Source of the DNA: Candidatus Iainarchaeum sp. | GTDB taxonomy: Archaea > Iainarchaeota > Iainarchaeia > Iainarchaeales > GCA-2688035 | DNA: 64,000 nucleotides | Assembly (NCBI GenBank): GCA_017610175.1 | Contig: JAFCCO010000002.1 | Coordinates: 46,706-110,705, forward strand | Direction of reading: 5' to 3' | Shown here: positions 39,995 to 49,648 of the stretch, piece by piece | How the letters are laid out: each line of letters starts with the position of its first letter | How positions within the stretch are numbered: the stretch's first letter is position 1 | Notes under the pieces: generated by a model | Databases searched by the model: none | Seen by the model: the letters and a program-made list of their open reading frames with translations, nothing else | Told to the model about the DNA's origin: nothing | Program-made: the position numbers and the translations under genes

Positions 39995-40078
39995 GCGGAG
40001 GTGGCGGAGCGGTTAAACGCGCCAGCTTGGAAAGCTGGTTCCTTCACGGGAGCGCGAGTTCGAATCTCGTCCTCCGCG
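39995..40078 (+). tRNA. tRNA-Ser(GGA)
   Basis: GCGGAGG/CCTCCGC+G; CCAGC-TTGGAAA-GCTGG; long variable arm. Confidence 0.95.
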
Positions 40079-40154
40079 CTTTTTTTTTGTTAAAAAATCG
40101 TGTTGCATATGGTTTTTTATAGTTCTTTGAGTATACTTATTTTGGGTGAATTTA

Positions 40155-40295
40155 ATGGCTGAAACTGTTACAATTCCAAAAGAAGAGTATAAATCTCTTA
40201 AGAAAAAAGCAAGCTTTGCTGATGATGTTTTGATTCAGCTGGAAGCTAGTTTGAAGGATGTTGAAGCCGGTAGAATAAGTCCTGCTGTTCATTAA
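40155..40295 (+). CDS. Small putative antitoxin (46 aa, not in ORF track)
   Basis: MAETVTIPKEEYKSLKKKASFADDVLIQLEASLKDVEAGRISPAVH; GGGTGA SD. Confidence 0.7.
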   Translation: MAETVTIPKEEYKSLKKKASFADDVLIQLEASLKDVEAGRISPAVH

Positions 40296-40597
40296 TTTCT
40301 TTCAACCAATTTTTTGTATTTTTCCTTATTTTGCAGAATGTGTTCAATTATCTTTTGCTGTTTTTTCTTTGAGCCGAATGCAACCAGCAAAATAGTGCTT
40401 GATTTTTTGTAAACAAGATAATACAACCGTTTTCTGCCAAACTTTTTTTCACGAAACCACTCAAAGCGCAAAGGCTTTCCAACATCGGCACTTTTTTTCA
40501 GTTGTTCAATAATTTTCTTTATCCAATCTTTTTCTATTTTCTCAAGTGTTTCAAATAAACGAGAAAAAGCTTCTGTTTCCAAAACAACATTTGGCAT
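40292..40597 (-). CDS. RelE/ParE-like toxin
   Basis: F.RLF..L, GKPL, FREKK..KRLYYLV; basic, 101 aa. Confidence 0.72.
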   Translation of the reverse strand: MPNVVLETEAFSRLFETLEKIEKDWIKKIIEQLKKSADVGKPLRFEWFREKKFGRKRLYYLVYKKSSTILLVAFGSKKKQQKIIEHILQNKEKYKKLVERN

Positions 40598-40830
40598 AAT
40601 CGAATTAAAACAAAAGAATATTTAAGTTCATTGCAAAATTATTCCCTGTAATAAGGGAATATAATGCAAACAAAACAACTAGCAAAAAAATTCGAACTCA
40701 CCAACTACCAACCAAAAAAATCTAATCGGCTTTCTCGAATCTCGCCCTCCGCGCTCTTCACTCTTTTTTTGGCAAAAGAAATAAAAAAAAAGGGGAGCGT
40801 TTCGGTTTTCCAAAACGCCTTTTTCTTTGT

Positions 40831-41697
40831 TCACTGTATTTCGAATTGAACGCTTACCGAAGTGGTAAACTCTATGTCGCCGGGAGTTATTGGTGTTGGG
40901 GCACTTCCTGACTCCATGTTGTCCATTGTGGCGAACGACTTTGCGTAGTATGGCACTGAATAGCCAGAACTTTCGCTTGCGCCGTAAACCGGTCCGACAG
41001 AAATTCCAAGGCCTTCTGCAATGCTTTGCGCCTTTGCGCGCGCGTTTGCGGAAGCGTCTTTCAAAGCCTCTGCCCTCAGGCTTGCCTCTGTTTCCTTTGT
41101 CAGCGCAAAAGAAATGCTGTTTACACTGTTTGCTCCCGCGGAAACCGCCGCGTCTATTACTTCCCCAACGGCGCCAAGGTCCTGCACTTTTACCCTAACC
41201 CTGTTTGTGGTCTTGTAGCCCACTGATTCAGATTTTCTGATGACTTCGTTCCACTTGAATTCTTCGCGCAGGCTGTAGGACGCGGTTTCAATGTTTTCCT
41301 TGTTAATTCCCTTGGTTTTCAGTGCGTCCATTACCTTGTTTGCAAGGGTTGCGTTGTCAGCCTGGCTTTTGCTCGCACTTTTGTCAAGTGTTTCAATGCT
41401 CAGCGTGATGTAAGCAAGTTCTGGGCTGGCTGTCTTTGTCACTGTTCCTGAAACAGAGATTAGTCTTATTTTTTTTTCGGATTCGTCTTCGGCAAAGCTT
41501 ATTGCCCCACCATCAAAGCCGCTTAAACTGGCTTCGATTGCAGTACTGCTTGATTTCTGCAAATAATTTGGAATCTGCACAACCACCTGGGCTTTTTCCT
41601 CAGGCGGAATGTTCAATGAGTAGAATCCAATTCCCACCGAAATAATCATTGCTGCGATAATAAGCGAAGCCGGCAAAATCCATTTGTTTTCAAACAT
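40831..41697 (-). CDS. SIMPL (DUF541) domain protein
   Basis: N-terminal TM, ISVSG..PELA, AGAN.V..I.F, A.AKA..IA. Confidence 0.9.
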   Translation of the reverse strand: MFENKWILPASLIIAAMIISVGIGFYSLNIPPEEKAQVVVQIPNYLQKSSSTAIEASLSGFDGGAISFAEDESEKKIRLISVSGTVTKTASPELAYITLSIETLDKSASKSQADNATLANKVMDALKTKGINKENIETASYSLREEFKWNEVIRKSESVGYKTTNRVRVKVQDLGAVGEVIDAAVSAGANSVNSISFALTKETEASLRAEALKDASANARAKAQSIAEGLGISVGPVYGASESSGYSVPYYAKSFATMDNMESGSAPTPITPGDIEFTTSVSVQFEIQ

Positions 41698-41890
41698 CCT
41701 GTTTCACCTCCTGAAAACACTAACGGTTAAAGTCTAATTAAACCCTTTGTTTTTTTGTAAGCAAACAGTCTAACTAAAGTTTTTCAGGCAAAAGCACAGG
41801 CAAAAGGGCTTTTTTGCAGAATCTTTTCTTTCGGTTTTAAGCGCTGTTGAATGCAAACCAATTTATTTACTTTGGGCATTAATTTGCTCT

Positions 41891-42112
41891 ATGAATCAAA
41901 CACAGTTTTTTGCGGTAATGCTTGTTTTGATTGGCTTTGCATTGCTTGTGGTTTTTCCAATTTTTGGAATTGTTGCGGGGAAATGGGTAATTGCGCTTTC
42001 GGTTGTCGGAGGCTGGGCTCTTGTGGTAATTGGGGCGGCAATTGCGGTTGTTTCCCTTGTGCTTGAACGGCTTGGGGACTTAAAGGCAGAAAAGTTTGAC
42101 GAAAAATTTTGA
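41891..42112 (+). CDS. Small two-TM membrane protein
   Basis: Hydrophobic ORF co-oriented with the YbjQ gene. Confidence 0.65.
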   Translation: MNQTQFFAVMLVLIGFALLVVFPIFGIVAGKWVIALSVVGGWALVVIGAAIAVVSLVLERLGDLKAEKFDEKF

Positions 42113-42127
42113 GGAGAGTGGAAAAAA

Positions 42128-42442
42128 ATGATTATTGTAAACACAGATTTTGTTCAGGGAAAGAAAGTAGCTGAAACAATTGGAATTGTTAAGGGGAGCA
42201 CAATCAGGGCAAAGTGGATTGGAAAAGACATTATGGCTGGCCTAAGGCAGCTTGTTGGGGGAGAGCTAAAGGAGTACACCGAAATGCTAACCGAGGCAAG
42301 AAAGCAGTCGGTGCAGAGAATGGTTCAGGATGCGGAAAGCCTTGGGGCCAACGGAATAATTAACATAAGGTTTACAACTTCGCAAATAATGTCTTCCGCA
42401 GCGGAAATACTTGTTTACGGAACCGCGGTAAAGCTAAAGTGA
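42128..42442 (+). CDS. YbjQ/UPF0145 family protein
   Basis: DIMAGLRQLVGGEL, GANGII, VYGTAV. Confidence 0.93.
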   Translation: MIIVNTDFVQGKKVAETIGIVKGSTIRAKWIGKDIMAGLRQLVGGELKEYTEMLTEARKQSVQRMVQDAESLGANGIINIRFTTSQIMSSAAEILVYGTAVKLK

Positions 42443-42459
42443 ATTTTAATGGGATTTGA

Positions 42460-42675
42460 ATGTGCCTAACAATTCCAGCAAAGGTAGTTGAAGTGCTTGA
42501 GGACGGCACAGCATTTGTTGAACAGCCTGGGACAAAGCGCAAAATCATAAACATGATTAAGGCAAAGCCGGGAGAGTTCGTGCTCCTGCAGCAGGGAATG
42601 GCTGTGGACAAAATAAGCGAAAAAGAGGCCAACGAAACCTGGGCCTTGTGGAGCGAAGCCGCACAAAAACACTAA
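42460..42675 (+). CDS. hypC: HypC/HupF family chaperone
   Basis: MCLTIPAKV; GEFVLLQQGMA; EA.ET. Confidence 0.85.
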   Translation: MCLTIPAKVVEVLEDGTAFVEQPGTKRKIINMIKAKPGEFVLLQQGMAVDKISEKEANETWALWSEAAQKH

Positions 42676-42678
42676 CTG

Positions 42679-43401
42679 TTATTTCATTCCATTAACCGCT
42701 TCAATCGTTTTCCGGGTGTATTTCTCAAGATTTTGAACCTGTTTTTCGGAAAGCAACTCAATTGCGTTGCCCCAGTGAACCGAAATCCTTGCGCCCGCTT
42801 CAGCACCCAGCCCGAACGGGTTCTTCACCTGCCGAACATTCTCTTCAAGCCTTAAGTTCTTCCCTTCCAGCACAAGCCCTGTGCAATTTACGCTAATTTC
42901 CTTTCCCGAATTTTTCAGAACACTTGCCTTGTGCACCAGGCATTCGGAGAGGTTTTCAACAACCGGGGCAACCTTCTGCGAAATGAAATTAATGTAGAGC
43001 ACGTGCATTGAGTGGTGGGGAAGCATTTCGGCAGGGAGCTCCTCTGCCTTCTTTTTGCATATTCTCGCAGGCAAGCCGTGCTGCTTGAATGAAAGAATTG
43101 TTTCCCTAATTTTTTTGTGCTCCACGCTTTCAAGCACTTTGTTTCCCAGCCAGTAGGCCTCAATTACCTCTTCATCAAACGGCTTTAGGTTGTTTGCCTC
43201 TGCAATAAGCTCAAGGTAGGGTTGAAGTGCGTAAAATCCATGCAGGAGTTCTCTGGCTTTTGCTGCGTTTTCCTCGTTTGGATTCTCCTGCAGTTTCATG
43301 AATGCATGCCAGCTTCCGTTAGGCCCACAGTAACCAAGTTCGTTTGGAGGAAGTGAATAGATGCTTGCCCTTTTCAAGGCATTAACTTCGTTCGGCAGCA
43401 A
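42679..43401 (-). CDS. DUF6390-like protein
   Basis: PPNELGYCGP, PYLELIA, EAYWLGN, PHHSMHV, SVHWG; start estimated. Confidence 0.75.
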   Translation of the reverse strand: MLPNEVNALKRASIYSLPPNELGYCGPNGSWHAFMKLQENPNEENAAKARELLHGFYALQPYLELIAEANNLKPFDEEVIEAYWLGNKVLESVEHKKIRETILSFKQHGLPARICKKKAEELPAEMLPHHSMHVLYINFISQKVAPVVENLSECLVHKASVLKNSGKEISVNCTGLVLEGKNLRLEENVRQVKNPFGLGAEAGARISVHWGNAIELLSEKQVQNLEKYTRKTIEAVNGMK

Positions 43402-44296
43402 TTGAATGCCCCTTAACCTTTGTGCCCTGCAGTACGTAACCGAATCCAACCGCCAGGAACACTCCGCCCACAATCAAAAGCAGGCCAAACACCTGCGTTG
43501 GGGCAACTTCCTTTCCAAGGAATGCAAACGAAAGCAGGGCGGTTATTGGCTGTGCAAGCAACAGCACTGAAGCCGCCTTGTGAACCGGCAGGTGCTTTAG
43601 TCCTGAGTAGTAAGTGAACACAAATGCAACGAGCAAACCCGATGCAATCAGGGCCCACTGCATTTGTGGAACTGAGAGAGTAAATGCGCTTCCAAGCTGG
43701 TTTGTTGCAACAAGGAATGTGAGAATGAAGATACTTCCAAAAGCCATTCTTCCAAATGCAACTGTCTTCCCGCTCAACTCGCTGAGAACGTGCTTTGAGA
43801 GAACATTTTCTGCGGCCCAAAGAATTGTTGCCGCAAGCACAAGCATCTCAGGAAAACCAAAGGCAGCTATGTTGAAGAGCAGGAAGTTTCCCGCAAGCAG
43901 CATTGCCGCCCCTGCAATCCAGTGTTTGCTGACTTTTTCCCTGAGGAAAACAAGGGCAAAAACCGTTGCCCAAATGAAAAGCGTTTTGTGCAGGAAGCCC
44001 GCGTTTATTGCTGTTGTGAGTTTCAGCGCATAAAAGAACAACAGGAACGGAATTGCCCCCCCAACCAGGCCGATTGCGGCAAGCTTTCCAACCTGCTTTT
44101 TGGAAAGAGCCTTTATTTCATTCAAGTCCTTAAGCAATACAATTAGTGAGAACAGCAATACCGCAACAACCGCGTTTTTCAGGAATGTGAACATAAACGG
44201 ATTAAATCCCCTTACCGCAAAGCTGTTTGCAAAAATGCTTACCCCGCTTACAACAGCAGCTAGCATTACAAGCATTAGCCCTTTTCTCTCACTCAT
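43382..44296 (-). CDS. EamA/DMT transporter
   Basis: About 10 TM, two EamA repeats. Confidence 0.9.
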   Translation of the reverse strand: MSERKGLMLVMLAAVVSGVSIFANSFAVRGFNPFMFTFLKNAVVAVLLFSLIVLLKDLNEIKALSKKQVGKLAAIGLVGGAIPFLLFFYALKLTTAINAGFLHKTLFIWATVFALVFLREKVSKHWIAGAAMLLAGNFLLFNIAAFGFPEMLVLAATILWAAENVLSKHVLSELSGKTVAFGRMAFGSIFILTFLVATNQLGSAFTLSVPQMQWALIASGLLVAFVFTYYSGLKHLPVHKAASVLLLAQPITALLSFAFLGKEVAPTQVFGLLLIVGGVFLAVGFGYVLQGTKVKGHSIAAERS

Positions 44297-44387
44297 GACA
44301 CAAAAAAGCGCTTAAAAGGTTAAAAAGATAACGTTTGGCTTGTGGTAAAATGCGTTTGAGCCTTATTTTGTGAATAAAACGCCTGAA

Positions 44388-45293
44388 TTACTTCCTTCTG
44401 AATCGCATTTCCCTCAGTCCGTCTATAATGGCGAGTCTCACGAGGGCCGCGCCAATCCTTTCCTCCGGACTTGAGCGGGCGTACTTTGGCAGAACAACCC
44501 CTCCATGCTCTGCGAGTTCCTTGATTGTTTTAATCGACTTTGGAAGCTCTTCAATTAGGGAGCGAACTTCCCGTTCTGAAAATTCAGGCAAAGTCCATTT
44601 TACTTTGGGGGATGGGGAATACGATTTCACTCCTTTGTGTGGCACATCCCTTCCGTAAAACATGTAGCCGTTTACTTTTGTTCTTAATCCCTCTAGCCTG
44701 AACATTTGGATTAGGTCGTTGGGAACTGTTCCAATAACTCCTGTGTCAACAAAGGTGATTGGTTTTTTTGTGTTAACCCCCTTTGATTCCATGTAACCTA
44801 GAAGTTTTTTTCTCATTGCAGGGCTTTGGTGGATTCCGCCAGTAAGCCTTCGCCCTGCCTCGACTATTTTTACATTTTTCCGCTTTACTCCGTTTGCTTC
44901 AGCAAGCCTGAATGCAATCCTGTAAAACGGCCTTGCTCCCCTTCCCAGAAAAACGAGCTGTGTGTTAAGTCTTTGTGCCTTTCTCTCGGCAAAAATTGTT
45001 TGTACAAAGTCAACCATTTGGGGTAAAAGCTGTTTTGTGCGGCTGTAAATTTTTGCATATCCCTGGACTCGCTCTCTTGTGCGGGTTAAGCCTGCTTTAG
45101 CCAGCCTGTTTGAAAGCCACTTGTCAATTTTTGGGCTTGACATTGTTGGCCTTTTAAGCGGTGCTTTGTTTTGGGCCAGCGCACTTAGCCCCCACTTGCC
45201 TGAGGCCTTGCTTGCGCCCCTGTGCGGACTCCTTTTCTTTGGGGCAGGCCACATTGATGCCCTGATTCTTCTGCGCTTTTTTGCCACAGCCAT
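44388..45293 (-). CDS. Basic orphan protein with PRTase-like motifs
   Basis: Starts MAVAKKRRRIR; LVFLGRGA and ITFVDTGVIGT. Confidence 0.7.
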   Translation of the reverse strand: MAVAKKRRRIRASMWPAPKKRSPHRGASKASGKWGLSALAQNKAPLKRPTMSSPKIDKWLSNRLAKAGLTRTRERVQGYAKIYSRTKQLLPQMVDFVQTIFAERKAQRLNTQLVFLGRGARPFYRIAFRLAEANGVKRKNVKIVEAGRRLTGGIHQSPAMRKKLLGYMESKGVNTKKPITFVDTGVIGTVPNDLIQMFRLEGLRTKVNGYMFYGRDVPHKGVKSYSPSPKVKWTLPEFSEREVRSLIEELPKSIKTIKELAEHGGVVLPKYARSSPEERIGAALVRLAIIDGLREMRFRRK

Positions 45294-45394
45294 ATGTATT
45301 AATAGTTCACTGTACAATTTAAGTATTGCCTTTTTTGCTTTGCGACAAATTCCCTTTTTTAAAGCTAATGTCATCCAATTACTTTGGTGTTTGC

Positions 45395-45946
45395 ATGAAA
45401 AAAATGCTTTTTTTACTGCTTATTTTGTCAATTGCGTTTGCGGGATGCGTTCAGCCCCCTGCCGAGGACGTTAATTCAGACAGTGGCACAGACACCCCAA
45501 ATGGAGTTGATGTTTTAATGGACACCGTTGAAGCCGGAGACAACATTAAGGTTGAATACAGAGGCGAGCTTGAGAACGGGGAAGTTTTTGACGCCAGCGA
45601 AAGGCGCGGGCAGCCACTTGCATTTGCAGCGGGAGCGGGACAGATGATTAAGGGATTTGACGAGGCAGTGATTGGAATGCGCCTCAACCAGGAAAAAACG
45701 GTTACAATTCCTGCGGAGAAGGCTTACGGGCTTCACGATGAAAAGCGCGTTGCAGAGCTCTCCAAAGAAAGCTTTGCCGACTTCTGGGACAGTCTTGTTG
45801 TTGGAATGGTTGTTTCAAGCCCTGAAGCAGGGAACGGAAAGGTCCTTGAACTAAAGGAAAACTCGGCAATAATTGACTTCAACCACAACCTAGCCGGAAA
45901 AACACTTGTTTTCTGGATTAAGGTTGTTGAAATCTCAAAGTCCTGA
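45395..45946 (+). CDS. FKBP/SlyD-type peptidyl-prolyl isomerase with lipoprotein-like signal
   Basis: FAGC, GEVFD, G.GQMIKGF, DFNH.LAGK.L.F. Confidence 0.93.
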   Translation: MKKMLFLLLILSIAFAGCVQPPAEDVNSDSGTDTPNGVDVLMDTVEAGDNIKVEYRGELENGEVFDASERRGQPLAFAAGAGQMIKGFDEAVIGMRLNQEKTVTIPAEKAYGLHDEKRVAELSKESFADFWDSLVVGMVVSSPEAGNGKVLELKENSAIIDFNHNLAGKTLVFWIKVVEISKS

Positions 45947-46008
45947 ATTTTGGGTTAGGGCAAATATTAAAAGCCTTTATTTGCCCATATCATTACATCA
46001 CAGTATAT

Positions 46009-46092
46009 GCGGGAGTCCGATAGTGGCCAATTCGGCCAGGTTGAGGGCCTGGTGGCTTAGTGCCTTCGGGAGTTCGAATCTTCCCTCCCGCA
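46009..46092 (+). tRNA. tRNA-Leu(GAG)
   Basis: GCGGGAG/CTCCCGC+A; CCAGG-TTGAGGG-CCTGG; long variable arm. Confidence 0.93.
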
Positions 46093-46116
46093 TTTAATTT
46101 TAACGAAGTTTTTGCA

Positions 46117-47166
46117 ATGACCGAAAAACTTTCACCCGCAACTTTTATTGGTGTCGGGGGCAGCGACATAATTTCTTTTGGTTCGGGGCAGCCTGACCTG
46201 CCGCCTCCGCATGAAGTTTTTGAATGCATTAAGGACTACAAGTGCTTTAAGTACGGTCCAATCCCTGGCCAGCAGAATTTGCGCGAAGCGCTTGCAGCGC
46301 AGAATCCTGGCTTTTCCTTCGAAAATTTTGTTGTAACAAACGGGGCCTCCGAGGCTCTTGACCTAACTCTTAGGGCAATTGCAAAACCCAAGGACAAGAT
46401 AATGCTCCACGTTCCCTATTATTATTCTTACAAACCGCTGGTTGAAATGAACCATCTTGAACCATCCTTTGTGAATACGGTGGAGGGCAAGATTGACATC
46501 TCCGATTTTGAGGAAAAGGTCCACAGTGTAAAGGCTGTGCTTATTAATTCTCCAAGCAATCCAACCGGGAGGGTTCAGGGTGTAAAGACCTTAAAGTTCA
46601 TTGAGAAGATGACTCGGGACCTTGACATTACGCTCATTTCGGACGAGGTTTACAAGGACCTGATTTACGAGCGAGAGAACTACGCGCTTTCAGGGCCTCA
46701 CATTGTAACGGTTAATTCCTTCTCAAAGACTTTCTCAATGTGCGGGCTGCGAATCGGCTACCTTTTCTCAAACGACCTTTCAATTGTGAAAAAAGCAGTG
46801 GACATCAAGACCCATACCTCAATGAACACAAGCATTATTTCGCAGGAAATGGCTCTTGCGGCAACAAGGGTTCCGCACAAGTTTGTTGAACAGCAGGTAA
46901 GCGTTTGGCGTGAGCGCAGGGACACAATCTACCGGGGCCTGCTTGATTTGGGGCTTGAGCTCTGGAAGCCGGAGGGTGCGTTCTATGTGCTGCCCAAAAT
47001 TGAAAACTCGGAGCAATTTGTTTTGGACATGTTCAAAAAGCACAAGGTAATAACCTATCCTGGCGAATGGTTTGGTGCGCCTGGAAGAGTGCGTTTCTCT
47101 TACGCCCTTGATAAGGAAAAGATTGAACAGGGATTAAAACGCCTTGGAGAGTATCTCAAGCTCTGA
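46117..47166 (+). CDS. Class I/II PLP aminotransferase
   Basis: NSPSNPTG, SDEVY, SFSKTFSMCGLRIG. Confidence 0.93.
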   Translation: MTEKLSPATFIGVGGSDIISFGSGQPDLPPPHEVFECIKDYKCFKYGPIPGQQNLREALAAQNPGFSFENFVVTNGASEALDLTLRAIAKPKDKIMLHVPYYYSYKPLVEMNHLEPSFVNTVEGKIDISDFEEKVHSVKAVLINSPSNPTGRVQGVKTLKFIEKMTRDLDITLISDEVYKDLIYERENYALSGPHIVTVNSFSKTFSMCGLRIGYLFSNDLSIVKKAVDIKTHTSMNTSIISQEMALAATRVPHKFVEQQVSVWRERRDTIYRGLLDLGLELWKPEGAFYVLPKIENSEQFVLDMFKKHKVITYPGEWFGAPGRVRFSYALDKEKIEQGLKRLGEYLKL

Positions 47167-47211
47167 TAAATAGCTTTAAATTTTCCAAAATCCTTATTTT
47201 TGTGGTTTTAA

Positions 47212-48309
47212 ATGATTGAGACTTTGATTATTTTTGCAATAAGCCTTGCGGTTCTCATTAAGGGCGCGGACTTCATGGTTGATTCGGCCGCGCGTGTTGC
47301 AAAATTGTTTGGCATAAGCGATTTCATGATTGGGCTGACGGTTGTTGCCATTGGAACTTCCTTGCCTGAGCTTGCGGCAAGCCTTACTGCCACTTTGCAG
47401 GGTGACACAGCGCTTGCGATTGGAAACATTCTCGGAAGCAATATCGCAAACTTGGGGCTTGTGATGGGAATAAGCGGCACTCTTGCTGTGATTAAGTTTG
47501 ACCGTGAAATTCATAACCGCGACGGCTACTTCATGCTTGTGGTTGTTGCCCTGTTTTACGTTCTTGCATTGGACGGCGTTCTCTCGCTTTGGGAGGGGGT
47601 TGCATTTGTCTGGCTTTTTGCCGCATACCTGCTTTACCTCATTATCACAAAGAAAAAGTTTAGGTACGAGTTCAGGTTCAGGCAGTACCTTAGTGAATTT
47701 ATTGGCCTGCGGGGCAAGGAGTTTGTTCCAAGGTTTGACCGGGCTTTCTTTGCAGGGGTTGCCCGTTATGCCCACAGGGAAGTTCTTGCAGGTGTTTTTT
47801 ATGAAATAAGGCGCAATCTGACAGTCATTTCAGATGTGCTGTCCCAGCAGATGGCTACAGTGAAATATTTCATTGTGCAGGCACTGCTTTTTTCGGTCGG
47901 GGTTGTTGCCGTTATTGTTGGGGCCGATTTTTTGGTAAAGTCCGCTACAGCCCTTCCAATTCCCGAACTTGTTGTTGGTTTGGTTCTAATAAGTGTTGGA
48001 ACTTCCTTGCCCGAGCTTGCGGTTGCAGTTTCCGCGGTTCGAAAAAATTACCCAAACATTATGATTGGGAACGTTATTGGAAGCAATATTGCAAACATTC
48101 TGATGGTTGCGGGAATTTCCGCAATAGCAGGGCCCCTTGCAATCCCTGGCATTTCGTTAAAGCTGCACTTCCCTTTCCTGTTCATGCTTACCTGGCTTTT
48201 CCTGGTGTTTAGCAAGAACGATTACAAAATCACAAGGATTGAGTCCTTCACTTTTATGCTAATGTATCTTGGCTTTGTTGCTTTTGCATTTATGGGCTTT
48301 CCAGGGTGA
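47212..48309 (+). CDS. Ca2+/Na+ antiporter (YrbG family)
   Basis: Two GTSLPEL / GN..GSNIAN alpha repeats. Confidence 0.93.
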   Translation: MIETLIIFAISLAVLIKGADFMVDSAARVAKLFGISDFMIGLTVVAIGTSLPELAASLTATLQGDTALAIGNILGSNIANLGLVMGISGTLAVIKFDREIHNRDGYFMLVVVALFYVLALDGVLSLWEGVAFVWLFAAYLLYLIITKKKFRYEFRFRQYLSEFIGLRGKEFVPRFDRAFFAGVARYAHREVLAGVFYEIRRNLTVISDVLSQQMATVKYFIVQALLFSVGVVAVIVGADFLVKSATALPIPELVVGLVLISVGTSLPELAVAVSAVRKNYPNIMIGNVIGSNIANILMVAGISAIAGPLAIPGISLKLHFPFLFMLTWLFLVFSKNDYKITRIESFTFMLMYLGFVAFAFMGFPG

Positions 48310-48797
48310 TTCAATTGAAGATTTTCGTTGCATTCTACAGCAAGAGCGGCACAACAAAAAGGGTTGCTGAGGAAATCGCCGGAGTTTTAACCAAAAAAAA
48401 GCACGCGGTTAAGCTGCATGAAATTGTTCCCGTTGAAAACCTTAAGGCCGCGCGCTATCCAAAGGATGGAAAGGGAATAAGGCTTGCCGAACCCATTCTT
48501 GAGCTTGCATCATTTGATTTTGTCTTTGTTGGGACACCTGTGTGGGGCTTTTGCCCGGCGTCCCCAACACTTACTTTTCTGCGCCAGCTTAAGGGGGTTA
48601 AGGGAAAGCCGTTTGCACTTTTCAGCACCTGCACAGGCCTTCCCGGAACAACGATTAAGCGAATGGCAAACATTCTTGCAACCAAGGGGGCAAAAATTGG
48701 CGAGTCCCTCACAGTAAAAAGCATCTTTGAGCTGGACAGGGATGCAGTCAATTCAATCAGGAAATTTGCAGAGAATGCTTTACTCAAAGTCCCTTAA
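48306..48797 (+). CDS. Flavodoxin-like protein
   Basis: YSKSGTT, GTPVW. Confidence 0.88.
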   Translation: MIQLKIFVAFYSKSGTTKRVAEEIAGVLTKKKHAVKLHEIVPVENLKAARYPKDGKGIRLAEPILELASFDFVFVGTPVWGFCPASPTLTFLRQLKGVKGKPFALFSTCTGLPGTTIKRMANILATKGAKIGESLTVKSIFELDRDAVNSIRKFAENALLKVP

Positions 48798-49604
48798 CTG
48801 CTCAACTATTTCCGACGCAATTTCGAACTCTTCGTCTTCGCTTATTTTCTTTTTCTTTTTCGAAGCCTTTTTTCTCTGTGATTCAACCGATGAAAGCCTT
48901 TCCTTGAGCTCACCCATTACGTGGTTTACATCTTCTTCACCGTAAATTTCTTTCACCTGTGCCTCAAGCTCAATTAGCTTCTGTTTTCTGTCGCGAATAA
49001 GCTTTTGGTAGGTTGGCCCGTCAATTTTTCTTTTCAGGTAAAGCTTTTGCGTGATATCCATTTCTTTCAGGAGACGCCTTTTGCCGCTAAGCAGTTCGTT
49101 TACAATGTGCCTTTTTTTTGCCGCAAGTTCCTTTATCTGCGGGTCCTCAATTTTTTCAGGGAATGTTTCCTTGTTGAACTTTTCATCAATCTGCGCTTCC
49201 AACTCAATTAGCCTTGTTTGCTTTTCGCGAAAAATTTCAATAAAGTCCTTTTTGCTCAACTGCCTTTTCATGTATTGTTTTTCAAGCAGTGAAATTTCGC
49301 GAAGAACCACTTTCTTTTGGACCATCACTTCCTTGAGCGAGCTTGTCTTGTATTTTATTTTTACATAAAGAAGGCCCAGCCCAAGCAGTAATGCAAGCAA
49401 AAGAAGTGCTCCGCCAATTGCAAGGAATGCGGGCGTAAAGAACACAATGGCAAGCGCAAGGGCCGCAATGCCTCCAATAATCAGCGGGTTTTTCTGCAGG
49501 GCCTTGATTATTTCCCGCAGTTTTTCCTTTGGGTCTATTTTGATTTTTCCCGGGTCTGCGGTGGCCTGCTCCGCAATTTCAGCCACGCTCTTTTTTCTAG
49601 GCAT
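48780..49604 (-). CDS. Membrane-anchored coiled-coil protein with an internal repeat
   Basis: Two TM; repeated Y.KR.....(Y/F)......K...LIELEAQ. Confidence 0.7.
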   Translation of the reverse strand: MPRKKSVAEIAEQATADPGKIKIDPKEKLREIIKALQKNPLIIGGIAALALAIVFFTPAFLAIGGALLLLALLLGLGLLYVKIKYKTSSLKEVMVQKKVVLREISLLEKQYMKRQLSKKDFIEIFREKQTRLIELEAQIDEKFNKETFPEKIEDPQIKELAAKKRHIVNELLSGKRRLLKEMDITQKLYLKRKIDGPTYQKLIRDRKQKLIELEAQVKEIYGEEDVNHVMGELKERLSSVESQRKKASKKKKKISEDEEFEIASEIVEQLRDFE

Positions 49605-49648
49605 GTACAAACAATCGCGCTTTTATAATAAAAAGCTTGCCCCAACCC

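Larger units (their letters stand above)
40060..40755. mobile_element. Mini-island flanked by a duplicated tRNA-Ser 3' end (att-like)
   Basis: TCGAATCTCGTCCTCCGCGCT (40060-40080) vs TCGAATCTCGCCCTCCGCGCT (40735-40755); AT-rich interior. Confidence 0.7.

Noticed and set aside
39695-40122. ORFs of 67-128 aa over the tRNA-Ser pair
   Set aside because: Shadows of tRNA genes and repeats
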